In this document: piece by piece, positions 35,876-48,519 of the stretch
How the letters are laid out: each line of letters starts with the position of its first letter
Numbering within the stretch: the first letter of the stretch is position 1
Assembly (NCBI RefSeq): GCF_001194135.2
Contig: NC_068987.1
Location: forward strand, 44,578,508 to 44,630,786
Length of the DNA: 52,279 nt
Reading direction: 5' to 3'
From: Octopus bimaculoides
Lineage: Eukaryota
The notes under the pieces: generated by a model
Told to the model about the DNA's origin: nothing
Database searches by the model: none
What the model saw: only the letters and a program-made list of their open reading frames with translations
Program-made: the position numbers and the translations under genes

Positions 35876-37704
35876 CATTGGGAAGCTAATGAAATACTTT
35901 TCAGTTGTACAGTATTCTCACCACTAGCAGTAAAAGCCTGTACCTATATATATATATATGCATACACTTTTGAACATAATATTGAGGACAGCTTTTTGTT
36001 TTACAATTCAGTTGACTACAATTGGCTGAAACAGTCAATAGCTCTTATTTGCAATATTTTCTGGCAGAAAAATCTGTTTTGTTACCTTAGTCAGAGCTTC
36101 AGCTATAACTTGAAAAGATCCGGTGGAAATTAAGAGGGTTTTCGTAGTGGAAGTGCAGGTATAAGTGGATTTGGAACCTGAATATTTTCTGATGCATTCA
36201 TCTAATAATGATAAACTTGGTTAGCTAGGATTCTCTAAGGGTTGTTGGTGTAGGTTCCATATCAGGATACAAATTGCTCTGTCAGATTCAAAACTAGCTT
36301 TGCTATTTCATCACCATACATCTTGAGGAAAACATAGCCCAACATGTATTGTCAGTATTTTTTCTAGAACTTTCTGTTTTTTAATTCAGTGTTTATTATA
36401 GAAGTATTGGATTAGCTAAATATCTGATATTGCTTCTTTTGAAAAGTGCTGTACTTCTGAACTGACACTGCAGGCAAATAAAATAGTGTTGCTGTTGCTT
36501 ATTGCAATAAGCTGTATTGCATAGTATGTACTTGTTAGGTGGAATGTGCTATTGGACATAGTGTAATGACTGTTATTATACAAAACTGCCAAATGTTTGA
36601 GTTGGTTGAGTATCCTATCAACTTGGTTTGTTTTGGATATTGCCTTCCTATTAATTCCAATTAATATCTCTCAGAATGTGTAGGATAAAAGAATGATTTC
36701 ATTTCCTTATTTATGTAGAGAAAAGCTAACCAATCTTATGACTTTACCATTTGAAGTTCATATAGTTTGTGCTAGCTAACCAGTGACCTGGTTGAGCATG
36801 AGGAAATGTAAAATTTGTCTCAACAGTAACAAAGTATTGTTAGTCCTTTTCTTACTGTATTTCTCTTGAAATACAATGCCTTTATTTCAATTAATTTTGA
36901 ACATAATGGAGAGTTTAGTTAAAGTAATTGGTGTTTGGAACTTAAATTAACATGAAATTGTGATGGAGGGTTTAAAACTTAGATCATTTTATTACTTTTG
37001 TTACTATATTTCTGTTGAAAATACCCTTCATTTGTTTCAATAAATTTCAAATATAGTAAAGAATTTAATCAAATAACTAATTGTTTTTTTAAATAATGAA
37101 GACTAGTAAAATAATTTTGTCATTATTAAGCTGATGCTTGTGACATTAATTAACATGAAGTTTTGATGTAACATTTTAATTTAGATCACTTTAACTCATT
37201 TATTACCACATTTCTGTTGAAACACCCCGCATTTGTTTCAATTAATTTTGAAAATAATGAATTTAGTAAAATAACTTTATTTTGCTAAATAACGACTTTA
37301 TTTTACTTAATAACTTTGTAGTTATTAAGCTAGTGTTTGAAACATAATTGTGCTGAATTCAAATCCCAGAGAGGTTAACTTGGTCTTTCATATTTTTGGG
37401 TCAATAGGTTCTAGTTGAACATTAGAGTGGATTGTAATTGACTTCCCCCTCCCCTTAAAAGTGCTAGCCTTGAATTATTATTGTGATTGTGGTGGTAGCA
37501 GTGGTGTTGGGAGAGGAGGAAGGTTGGCAGAATCGTTAGAGCATGAGACAAAATACTTCATGATATTTGTTCTAGCTCTTTACATTCTGTGTTCAAATCT
37601 TGGAGAGGGGCCAGATTTGCCTTTCATTCTTCCAGGGTTAATAAAAAAAACTATACCAGTCAAGTACAGGGGTCAGTATAATCAGCTAACCACATCCTGA
37701 TAAA

Positions 37705-37900
37705 ATTATTATTAAGGTGGTGAACTGGCAGAACCATTCACAAAAGGCTTAGTTGCATTTCTTTTGTCTTTACATTTCGAGTTCAAATTCTGCCAAGGTT
37801 GACTTTACCTTTCATCATTTCGTGATCAATACAATAAGTACCAGAGTTGATGTAATCAACTGCTGACTCCATGTCAAAATTTGAAAGCATTATTATTATT
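37705..37900 (+). mobile_element. tRNA-headed SINE
   Basis: GGTGGTGAACTGGCAGAA head, (ATT)n tail; another copy at about 37500-37700. Confidence 0.75.
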
Positions 37901-37904
37901 GCTA

Positions 37905-39440
37905 TCTATCTATAATACATTAAAAGTGAGCTTGAATCTTCCTTGCTTGCAATGTTACCCAGCCAAACTGGTGCATAATGGGAAAATACTATGAATTAAA
38001 ATAGCAAGTAATAAAATCTCAAGAAGAGATAGTAATAATGTATACTAAACAGTAAAGCGAGTAGCTACATCAAAGTAGTAGTTGAATATTACTACTAGTT
38101 TAACCCCAGGGGGATTCTCTACCAGCTGGTTTTCGGTGTAAGCTCTGCACCCTTTATATACAATCCATTGCTAGCAGGGTAGGGGGTGAACTCCAACTAC
38201 TCTTCAGCAGCTAACAGTAAATGTTTCTATTTCCGCTTTTGTTAAACACAATATTTTAATCATTTAGAAATATTTTTAAGTGAATGTAATTTCAAAAATG
38301 TAAGTTGTTTGTGCAGTAAGTATCTATATTTTAGCTTTCTTTAAACAGACAATATTTTTATGTTTTTTAAAATTATTTTCAAGTGAATACTGTTACAAAA
38401 ATTTTTTTTGACATATTTTATAAAAGACTTATTTGTAACCTCGGTGTGAAATAATTTTTTTCCATAAGTCTTTTTGAGTGCATTCAACATATTTCACCTC
38501 CAAAGATTTGACTGTTATTTCTAGCATGCCCTACTACCATGTAACAGCTATTTGCAATAAAGGGCCTGAAATACCTGTTACGTGGTAGCGGGGCATCCAA
38601 GAAATAGCAGCCAAATCTTTCCTTTTCTGAGGAAAGGAGCCGGTTAAGCTTGATTTCAATATCACATTCGTTGAAAGCATCTGAAATAACCTGGAAAAGA
38701 AAAAAAGCCCACGAAACAAAACTCCATTGCTGGGAAACTCACACTTACTGGTCATCCAATGGGTCACAGGTAGTCTAGTAATACATTAAAAGTGAAGTTC
38801 TGTCTTGCTTGCTTGCAATGTTACACAGCCAAACTGGCACATAATGGGAAAATACTTTGAAAGTAAAGTGCCCCTGGAATGTGAATACGAATGGAATGAA
38901 ACAAGTTTTGCATAAATTGGACCAGTAGTTATTGAGATATTCATAGTTTTGGGGTATAAATACCCAAAACGGTGTATAATGGGGAAAGTACTCCGAAAAT
39001 AAAACCCTGAAAGGGAAGAAACGCTAAACTTTCCATTAAACACATTATTATTTTTAAGGGAAAATGACTTTAAAAATACGGTAAATATTTCATAAAGGAC
39101 CCATTTGTAACCTCAATGTGAAATAGTTTCTTTTCTATAGGTTTCTTTCAAGTGCATTCAACGTATCTTGTGTCCAAAGATTTGGTTGCTATGCCACCAC
39201 ATAACAGCTATTTGCGATAAAGAACCCGAAATACCTGTTACGTGGTAGCAGGGCATGCAAGAAATAGCAGCCAAATCTTTCCTTTTCTTGGGAAAGGAGC
39301 CATTTACATGTGATTTCAATGTCACATTCGTTGAAAGCATGCAAAATAACATGGAAAAGAAAAAAAAACCCATGAAGCAAAACTCTGTTGCTGGGAAACT
39401 CAGACTTCCCCAGTGACCCAATGGGTCACTGGTAGTTTAG
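37905..39440 (+). mobile_element. Head-to-tail dimer of a non-autonomous Helitron-like element
   Basis: 5' TCTATCTATAATACATTAAAAGTG; unit 1 ends with hairpin + CTAG (38775-38778); unit 2 restarts TAATACATTAAAAGTG and ends with perfect hairpin CAGTGACCC-AAT-GGGTCACTG (39411-39431) + TTAG; units share about 350 bp. Confidence 0.75.
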
Positions 39441-39442
39441 TT

Positions 39443-39670
39443 ATCATTATTATTTTTAAATATTCTTTTCTACTCTAGGCAGAAGGCCTGAAATTTGGTG
39501 GGGGGCTAGTCAATTAGATCGACTCCAGTATGCAACTGTACTTAATTTATTGACCCCGAAAGGATGAAAGGCAAAGTTAACTTCAGTGGAATTTGAACTC
39601 AGAACGTAAAGACGAAACACCACTAAGCATTTTGCCTGACATGCTAACGATTCTGCCAGCTCACCACCTT
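39443..39670 (-). mobile_element. tRNA-headed SINE
   Basis: Reverse complement head at 39650-39670, with the ATT-rich tail at 39443-39455. Confidence 0.8.
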
Positions 39671-39875
39671 AAAGAAGTTGAAGTCAAAGGTTCTTATTTC
39701 CTAAGGGTAATGGACTGGCAAAATCAATAGAGTTGCATATAAAATGTCTAACCCTGAGGTTGAATTTACATGTCATTGTTCTTGGGGTTAATCTTCTTAA
39801 CTGTTCCCTCCCTACATATTTTTGGTTTTGTTGCTACCTAAGAAATTATTCATTTATTTTTCTCTGTATTTGCAG

Positions 39876-39934
39876 GTTGCTGCAAAAGTAACTGAAGAGT
39901 TACTTGCTGCACTTCAAGAACTTTTTTATGAAAG
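39876..39934 (+). CDS. SMG1: SMG1 exon 3 (VAAKVTEELLAALQELFYER)
   Basis: TTGCAG acceptor, AAG|GTAATT donor, phase 0 to 2; aligns to LVKQLDNILAAVHDVLNE. Confidence 0.88.
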
Positions 39935-40878
39935 GTAATTATTACATCACAGTTTATTTCTTGTAGCATTTTTTTCCTTTGTGTTTGTACTTAGCTGAAT
40001 GACTGAACACATGAACATTACATTAATATCTTAATATAACCATTGTTATGTTCTCTTGAACAAGAAAAGTAAACTACTTAGCGCAACCTGCATGACTCTG
40101 GATTGGTTCCACTTTTATTTTGTGGGTGAGTGATGAGTCAACAAACAGTAAGATGCTGATCCTAAAATGTAAAATGTCTACATTTGCAAATGCCGTCACA
40201 CTCATCTTAAATTGAACAAATAGATATAAAAGAGTTGAAAATGCAATTGTACACACTCAATGATTTATGTATTCATTTTTGATATGTTCTGGCAGCTTCA
40301 AATGTGAATATATGATTGTTGTTGTTTGTTCATAACACACATGATTCACTAGTGTAAGAAGACTTTTAGATGCTGTGGTGTTTCAACTTTATTGTGTCTC
40401 CTCAGTCAAAGCTATTCCATGAGACCTACACATCTAGCAAGAACACAAACTTTTGTTTATAGGAATTAGCATGTATGTTATTTGCTAATATATATACCAA
40501 ACAGATAATAATCCATGTGGTGCATGCAACGCATCAAGAATCTAAACAATAACATACCTATTTATTCTTAAATGTTCTGGTAAATTTGGATATGAATATC
40601 TAATCTCTGCTGTTTGTTCTTTGTCAAAGAATGCCTCCTCTCCTTAGATGTTATGTGTTCATAACGTGCACATTTCAATGGTTGAAGGGAATTTTGAGAC
40701 ACCACAGTGTTGACTTTGTTTCTCCTTAGTCAATTGTATACATAGTTTTATTATACATATAATGAATTAATGTGGTTAGTAAACAAATTTTCAGCAAGGG
40801 ACTTGTTTGAATTGCTTTTGTCTCTTTGGGATTCCCATAATTCACCATATGCTCTACTGATGATAGTTTACAAATATT

Positions 40879-41050
40879 GGTTTAAAATTTTGGGGCAGGG
40901 GATAAGTCAATTACATTGACCCCGGTGTTCAACTGGTACTTATTTCATCAACCCCCAAAAGTAAAGTTAACCCTGGCAACATAAAGTAGGAAGAAATGTT
41001 GTGAAGCATTTTTCCTGGGACAGTAATGATTCTGCCAGCTCACCACCTTT
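40879..41050 (-). mobile_element. tRNA-headed SINE with perfect 16-bp TSD
   Basis: ATAGTTTACAAATATT at 40863-40878 and 41051-41066. Confidence 0.85.
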
Positions 41051-41066
41051 ATAGTTTACAAATATT

Positions 41067-41560
41067 AATGAATACCACTGTAGTTTAGAAAACTTAAGGA
41101 AGCAGCACATATACTAGGACATAACTACCTCCTAAGCAGGCCAAGTGCAGAGATTAATACAATATGGGAAGCAATAATTATGAAAGAAAAGAGCAGATTG
41201 TCACAACAGATTACATAGACATTAGGTTTATAAGTCTTAAAAATTCATTGTCACTGTCTTTGGGCATAGCATAGTAGATAAAGATGTTGATTAATATAGT
41301 GCAGTGACCTAGAGGTTTTGAGTTCATTCCCAAGCAAGGCACAGAGGTAATTCAAGAAAAGCGACTGAAGCAAAAAATGTTACGAAAGGCAAAGAGCAGA
41401 ATGGAAACAGTGTACCCCATGGATCAAATAGAAAGGTTCAAAATTCTGATACAACAACTGAGTTCAACATGACACCTGAAGATGGCTGGAGCATGTAACA
41501 GCTGAAATGTAGTGAGAACAACAATCAAAATGAAGACACCAGTCCAACTAATATAAACAG
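41067..41560 (+). mobile_element. Penelope-like element 3' remnant: GIY-YIG C-terminal tail plus hammerhead-bearing 3' region
   Basis: 41087-41218 translates RKLKEAAHILGHNYLLSRPSAEINTIWEAII...*, similar to Penelope-like ORF ends. Hammerhead motif CAC-CTGAAGA-TGGCTG..CAGCT-GAAA-TGTA/GTG at 41473-41514 on the same strand. Confidence 0.65.
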
Positions 41561-41562
41561 TA

Positions 41563-42937
41563 CAGGCATACCTCAGCTTAAGTCATTTTGATCTAAGTTG
41601 TTCTCGATTATATGTGTTTTCAAAAATAATATATGGAAAAATATAAATCGAGTGAAGTCATTTTACTCGATTTTACGTCTGTCCGCCACAAATATTGGAA
41701 TTGTAAAATCAATAGAAAACTGTTAAAAGCACATAAAATCATGTTACAATAAATAAGAATAAAAGCATATAAAATCATATTAAAATACGTTCAGTAAATG
41801 TTAAGATACTCACCATAAAGTAGTGTAGCTTAGTGAACGAAATCATGAAATCAGCTGTGTTGTCTTATTTATCATTCTTTCGGAGCTCATATTGCACTGT
41901 AGTTCCAATATCTACCGTTAGGCGTCGTTGTCACTTGATTCCCACGATTCTTTTGAATTCAGATTTGTTTGCATCTGTTTATCAGCTACTTTCTCATTCT
42001 CATTCATTTGTGACTTTATTTTTTGCCCCCATGGCTCCTAAGAAAATTCATTGGGAAAGAGCTAAGCGTCATACTATAACACTGGAAGATAAACTGGCTA
42101 TGATAAAACGCTGTGAAAAAGTGATAGCAATTGCACGATCTTTTGGTATGAGTCGGACAGCTGTATCAACAATTGTACATAATAAGGACAAGATTTTAGC
42201 ACATATCAGATCTGAAGTCCCCGAATGAAGAACACTGACATCAATAAGAAAAGAGGCAAAATCTTTGAAGAAATGGAAAATCTTCTTTCTCTTTGGATTG
42301 TTAAGTTGAAGTGTCAGTGTGCTACTATTAGTTAAGAAATCATTGAAGAGAAAGCATTGTCTTTGAGGACCTGAAGGAAAAGTATCCAGATGAGAAAGTT
42401 GTAAAGTTCAAGGCAAGTCAAAGATGGTTCATGAGATTTAAAGAGCGAAGAAGTTATCACTCCATTAAGAAGCAAGGTGAAAGTGCATCAGCGGACGAAC
42501 AAGCAGCAGCGGAATTTTCTATTTAAAATTTTTTTTTTTTTTTTACTATTGCAAAATAATAATAATTGCTGAATTTGTTTTTAAGCTTAAAAAAGGCTTT
42601 TATTTTACCATGTCTTATTATAAACCCCATTCATAAATAGAGCTTCTGCAATGTATGGTAAACACTGCCAAATTATATTCATAAATTTAATTTTTTTTTT
42701 TTTTTTGCTGTACTGTATTAAAAAATAAAAATTATTTGTTTGTAAGCTTAAAATAGGTTTTTATTAACCATGTATTATTGGAGATGCATTCATAAATAAA
42801 GTACAAAACTGGGAATGGTTATTATTGGTTTAACTTAGAGGCAAGAAAATTTGGCCTAGCCTAGCCTAGAAACAAGTTAATTCGACTTAAGTTGTATCTC
42901 ATGGAACCAATTAACGACATAGGGTGAGGTATGCCTA
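41563..42937 (+). mobile_element. Tigger/pogo-like DNA transposon, internally deleted
   Basis: TA-CAGGCATACCTC...GAGGTATGCCTA-TA termini. From 42031 a broken CENP-B-type double HTH (RHTITLEDKLAMIKR...IARSFGMSRTAVSTIV; FKASQRWFMRFKER). No DDE domain. Confidence 0.9.
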
Positions 42938-43341
42938 TATACATAATATAAATTCTGCATCTCATAAATATAGAATTGTATTGATGAAATATGTTTTGAT
43001 TATTTGTCACTTAATGTTTTACTTGATAGAAGCATGTGAATATGTTATTACTTACCTTTTAACTATGAAGAGGTTAATGTTATAAGATGTCCTTTTTTTT
43101 AACATTAACTTCTCTTCTCAGCCAGATTGACTGAAACAAGTAATTTACCTTGTTTAGAGTGGCTGGAGTAGTTCAATAGCTATAGTGGAGCCTGAAATCC
43201 TTGTTAGTATTCTACCATTTTGATTAATAATTGGTTAAAAACTTTAGTACTCATTAGTTAGAATTTAATTACAATAAGTAAATACTTTGGTTCCTTTAAT
43301 CAAATTTTTACTGACATTTTGTCTCCATTTATCTCCTGTAG

Positions 43342-43419
43342 AATCTATAAAGAAATAAAGTATGAGGTTGCTTTATGTATTGGAACAGTAGGCAGTATAA
43401 TGGGACCAAATGCTGATAG
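43342..43419 (+). CDS. SMG1: SMG1 exon 4 (IYKEIKYEVALCIGTVGSIMGPNADR)
   Basis: CTGTAG acceptor, GTAAGT donor, phase 2 to 2; aligns to LQELRQEGACCLGLLCASLSYEAEK. Confidence 0.9.
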
Positions 43420-43762
43420 GTAAGTACTGCTATTAACTTCTACCATCTAATAGAAGTTTCCTTTTGTGATTGACCTTATATGAACCAATTTTTATTTATC
43501 CTTTTAAAATACTTCCTTAAATCTAAATACTAAGACAAATTGCTTGTAAATATCTAATATTGAATAACAAGTGTAAGAATGATTTTAGAAAATGTGTGTA
43601 GATTGTGGAGTTATGTAGCTCGAAATATTAACTGTTATAATTTTGACTTTAAGTCTAGAAAGATGAAGATATTTAAATATTAGGGAAATACTATGGCTGG
43701 TGTGTGTGTGTGTTTGACTTTCAGAAATAGCATTAAATGTTATCCCATTTATATGTTTGCAG

Positions 43763-43844
43763 ATATTTCCAATGGTTGTTTGCCCAAACCAACAGTGCCA
43801 CAGATGATGACATCAGGCAGCTGTTTCTTCTAGCATTACTTGAG
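43763..43844 (+). CDS. SMG1: SMG1 exon 5 (YFQWLFAQTNSATDDDIRQLFLLALLE)
   Basis: TTGCAG acceptor, GAG|GTAAGT donor, phase 2 to 0; aligns to IFKWIFSKFSSSAKDEVKLLYL. Confidence 0.92.
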
Positions 43845-46162
43845 GTAAGTACAAACCCAGTCAATGTTAAAATCATTTCAATCTTTTTTTTTTCTTTCTA
43901 CTCTGCTATAAGTGCAACAGAACATAAAATTAATGGTTGAATGTTGATGAACAGTATCAGGCTGCTCATTGACATTCACACTTGATATACTGGATGCGTT
44001 TTACTTTAGTCTGTCACTATTGCTGCACATTACTTCTGTTGTTTATGTTGAAGTCTCAGATAAACCTGCTAGAGCAGCAGTACTGTTACATGAAACATCA
44101 TTAAGTTTGTTAAACTGCAAATTGTTATTAAAAATAACATTTGTCATTGTAAAAGTTCATTTATATTTTGGAGGATCAGTAGCTATATTAAACTAAGATT
44201 ACTTACTCATTGATCAGTGAGTTTAAATCTGTTTCTAGTATTTTATTCATTTATTTCAATAAGAACACTGACATAGTCTAAATTCATTTCGAATATTATG
44301 TCCTATCCAATAAAAAGATTTATCTCTCGCTTAATGCAAGAGATTTGTACTAAAATCGCTGTCATCTGAAGACCCACTTTAAGAGTTTTAAGAGGCTTTT
44401 AGTCATTTTAAGATACCGCAAGCTAGTAAAGGTGCAAAAACAAAGGACCACCAAATATTGTGCAGTATTTAGCTATGTGTCTTTCTATGCTGAGTTCAAA
44501 TCTAGCTAGGATCCTTTTTTTCTCTTTTGTCTTCTATCTATTCAAAGTTAATTCAAATTGAGTATAGTAATGAAGATGGTAGATTCAATTCTCTATACCC
44601 TTCCTCTAGCAATTTCAGACCTTGTAATTTTAGAAATCATTATTTGAAGAAGCCATGGAAGCAGAAAACTACCCCACATCTTTTTGTTTTTAAAGATTTG
44701 AGAAAGTTTTTTTTTCCCCAGTCTCTTTTACTGGAGTATAAGGGTAATTAGATGGGATTAATGTTCTGTGTCAATCATTGAAGGGGCTTAGTTGAATGAA
44801 GTTATATGGGTAGATGATGAATTTCAGCTGGATATGAGGTTTTTACTTTTTTTTAAATTTATGTTCTGGTGGAAGGAACAGGCCCTCTGAATTCATTGAG
44901 ATAGATGCCATTAAACTGTTGCAAATCGGCATCTGCTGGGAGGAGATAGAGGGGTCCATGTTCCAGGAAAGCAGGAATAAGTGTAGTAATGAATTTTGGG
45001 CGTAGATAGTTAGACACAGGAAAAGTGAAGTGACGAGGAAAGACAAGTGGGTTGGAGACGCATGAGTCACAAACAACACAAGTCCATGTGACTCCAAAAA
45101 CAGAGGCCATTATAGTATCAGTAAAAAGGGCAGAGAGAGGATTCAGTTTACTTGTGGACAAGAGGCTGGAGTGTGACTGAATGAGTTTATGCCAATCAGT
45201 CTCTTTCTCATAATGTAAGAAGAATTAGTCAAAGCATTTGGTAAGCTGTCTAGGTGTAGGTTATATTGGACATGCTTGGTGGAGAGATTGTACTCCAGGT
45301 GAGGTTAGGAGTGATGGCAGTAAGTTCGACTTTAGTCAGTTGCTCTTTGACAGATGTGGATTTTGGTGGAAGAGACAAAGAGAGATGATACAATTTGTCA
45401 GCAGACCAATTTTTCCTGTTACATTTTCATAATTTTACTTTTTACATTATAAAATCTGAGATATTTAGCAAAGAGTAAAAGGATGTGATGTTCATTCCTT
45501 TTCTAGAGGTATTGAGTCACTAATCAATTTGTAGAGTGCTTGCCCTCTTAAGTACCAACTTCCACCATTTTGTTTTGAAACATAAGGCCTTGTATTTGTA
45601 TGAGAGAGATTGTGTTTCGTCTCTTTCTCAAAAGTATTTTTGAGGTAAGTGAAGTGAAATGCTTACATGGAATGAAAACTAAGTCACAGTGAACTTACTA
45701 AGTGTGTGGGTATTGTTGATTGAGTCAGCTCAAATATTTTACTATACTAAAGAGATGAAAGTAAATTCCTTTGAGATTTGAACCTAGAACATCTGTTATG
45801 AATTGACTTTTAACCAAGTTTTGCAGTGATTAAGCAAGCGTTGATAGGGCCTGTATGTGGTTGCTCAACCTGCTAGAAACAGACACTGAGTTGTGTTAAA
45901 AAAGAAGGATACATTGGATTATGTAATCCTAAGTATACACTGTATTTGACTAAGCAGTGAATGTCGGCACAGCTAGAATCCTTTTGATCAAAGGTATACT
46001 CAGTCAGGGTCGATCTGGGTTTCCCCTCCTTGTAAATGGTATTGCAAATTCAACAAAATGACCATCATAAAGGAAATCTAAATCTTATTTATTTCACCAT
46101 TCCTTATGCAATCTAATTTAGGTAGTTAATTATTTCACTTATTCTTTTCCTTTTTTCTACAG

Positions 46163-46210
46163 ACTTTGAAATGTGATGAGAAGAAGCAAACATTAGCTGA
46201 TTTCATGCAG
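46163..46210 (+). CDS. SMG1: SMG1 exon 6 (TLKCDEKKQTLADFMQ)
   Basis: Polypyrimidine tract + TACAG acceptor, CAG|GTAAC donor, phase 0 to 0; aligns to ALETVGEKKAFSSVMQ. Confidence 0.88.
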
Positions 46211-47244
46211 GTAACATAACGTTTGTTTTTTAATTTTTTTTTCTTCTGATACTTGTATTCCTATAGGTAGAATTCTGGTTTCTATTGTGTATGTATAGAT
46301 GAACATTGGTGAGAACTTAAAGAAGGGGAAAGCTTGTCAGTGCTCTACAAACTTTCTTAAGCAGAACATGAAGGCTCAATTAATAGCATATGGACACATA
46401 GAACTGACATGACACTTAGATCACAGAAGCTACACACATAACAGTAGACAGACCAAGCCTCAATAGAAAACACGAATGGAACAGTAACACCCACCACCAC
46501 ACCACACCACATGACTAAAAATAGGGATGAGATGAGAGAGGGGGGAAAAACCCATAAATAATACACAGAAACACACGGGGTAATACACACAATAGACATA
46601 TATGCACTTACCTGGGATTCTTATGAGAAACAGAGATAGATGTATAAAAATTTTTTTTTTTAATAAGTAAAATAAATAAATATATAAATATATCTGTCAC
46701 ATACCTGTGATAAATATAAGACAGAAATAAATAAAACTATATAAAGGTCATGGATACATACAACATACGAAGTGAGCCCATACATACACACATGAAATTT
46801 CACGGACAGCCATAACAATGTCATCAACACAACTAACAACATCAGCAGCAACAACCACCACCATGGCCAAACACACATACACAGAAGAATACAGGAACTG
46901 TACCATATTTTTTTTTGTTTTTTCGGGTCTTAGGACAGTAGAAGAGGATGGGACTGAAGGGAAGGCCACACTGCTGCTAAAAGCTATGACACACATGCAG
47001 GCATACACACACGCACAACCAAACAAGGTCACAAATGCATTCGCACATCTTAGAAGAACAGAATGGAGTAAGTGGAGCAAGAACACACACAAAAACAGTG
47101 TTGCTGAAGAGGTCACAGATATGTGATGAAAGATTTCTGGACAATAGACATGGAGTTAAAATAATAAAATAAGAAGAGTAATAAATGAGTGAAGGAAAAA
47201 TATATTGTGTGTGTGTTTATTTGGCAAAAAAAGAAAAAAAATGA

Positions 47245-47800
47245 CTGTTCTAAAATACAACAACATCAATATGTTATTGAATAAGCTTCTGGGAGAAGTA
47301 TTCAATTAAAACTCACTTGAGAGTGTTGTTGATGATCAGGATAGTGTTAACTACACCATCGAAATTTTGAACTCACTAGAACCACCAGGTACAGCTCCTC
47401 GTTTTCTTCAGCTGAAAAAACGGACTCCTATTGCATAATTTGTCTCATCCAAAATTATGCAATGGTACAATTGTGCACAAACTTATGAGGAACTGCATTG
47501 AGACAAATATTCTCAATGGTTGTGGTAAAGGGGAGACTGTCTTCATTCCTCACAAATCAGTTATACCATCTAATGTTCCATTCCACTTTAAGCAGTTACA
47601 GTTTCCTATCCAAGTTTCTTTTGCTGAGCATTAATAAAAGTTAGGGCCAAACACTAAAAATTGCTGGATTGCAACTTGAAGAACCATGCTTTTCACATGA
47701 CCAGCTTTATGTAGAGGCCTCACGTTAGGGACTAAAAGCAAATCTTTTTGTTTATGCATTCTGAAATAAAACAAAAAACATTGTTTATAAAGAAATGTTC
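47245..47800 (+). mobile_element. Helitron RepHel PIF1-like helicase C-terminal pseudogene fragment
   Basis: EILNSLEPPG...NLSHPKLCNGT...GKGETVFIP...QFPIQVSFA..INKS*GQTL...CFSHDQLYV..SR...KTKNIVYKE. Confidence 0.92.
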
Positions 47801-48393
47801 ACTCTTAATGCAACATGAATACTTCAATAATTTAATTTGCCATAACTATCATTACATTCAAGAATGAGTAAATTACCATTGGTGTATTGATAAATAAAAT
47901 AACACATACAACTCACTTATTATTGTCAGATAATAACAAACAGAAGTTTGTGTATGAAATTGATCTTTTTCCTTCTTCAATTATTACATGTTTTTCTCTT
48001 ATAAACTACACACATACAGGAGGAGTAAATTATATATATAATAATACTTTGAATGTGGCTCCTGAGAAAGAATAAAAGTAATTATTCAATCAACGACAGG
48101 TATTTGACACCTGTTTTTCCATAGCAGCATGGCTTGCCTTCCAGTTTCTGTTCTACCAAATTCCTTCACAAGGCATTGGTTAGCCTGGGGCTGTGGTAGA
48201 AGTTACTTGTCTAAACATCTTGAAGCCACATAACTGAGAAGTGAACTTCTTAACCACACATCCATGTCTGTGTCTACGTGTGTGTGTGTGTGTGTGTGTA
48301 CACATGCATATATGTGCATGTGCATACACACACACATATGATACACTCTCACATTTTCTCATCTTTACTTTTCCCATTTTTTTTTCTCTTCAG

Positions 48394-48519
48394 AATGTAA
48401 TGGCTAATGTGCAGACATTGTTGGAAAATGCTGACAGTGCTGAGATTCTCATTGCTGTTGTCAACATAATCCAGCAGCTTTCAAAGGTCTACCCCCATGT
48501 GTTCAACTCTCACTTTAGG
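48394..48519 (+). CDS. SMG1: SMG1 exon 7 (NVMANVQTLLENADSAEILIAVVNIIQQLSKVYPHVFNSHFR)
   Basis: Canonical splice sites; aligns to LQSILENVDTPELL...YPHIFSTNFR. Confidence 0.95.

Noticed and set aside
41833-42228. Domesticated CENP-B/TIGD gene
   Set aside because: Frameshifts and stops, no DDE domain, and TIRs are intact, so it is a dead transposon.
45635-45644. 10-nt stop-containing 'poison' microexon candidate (AAG|TATTTTTGAG|GTAAGT)
   Set aside because: Weak AAAAG acceptor and no other support; plausible by chance.
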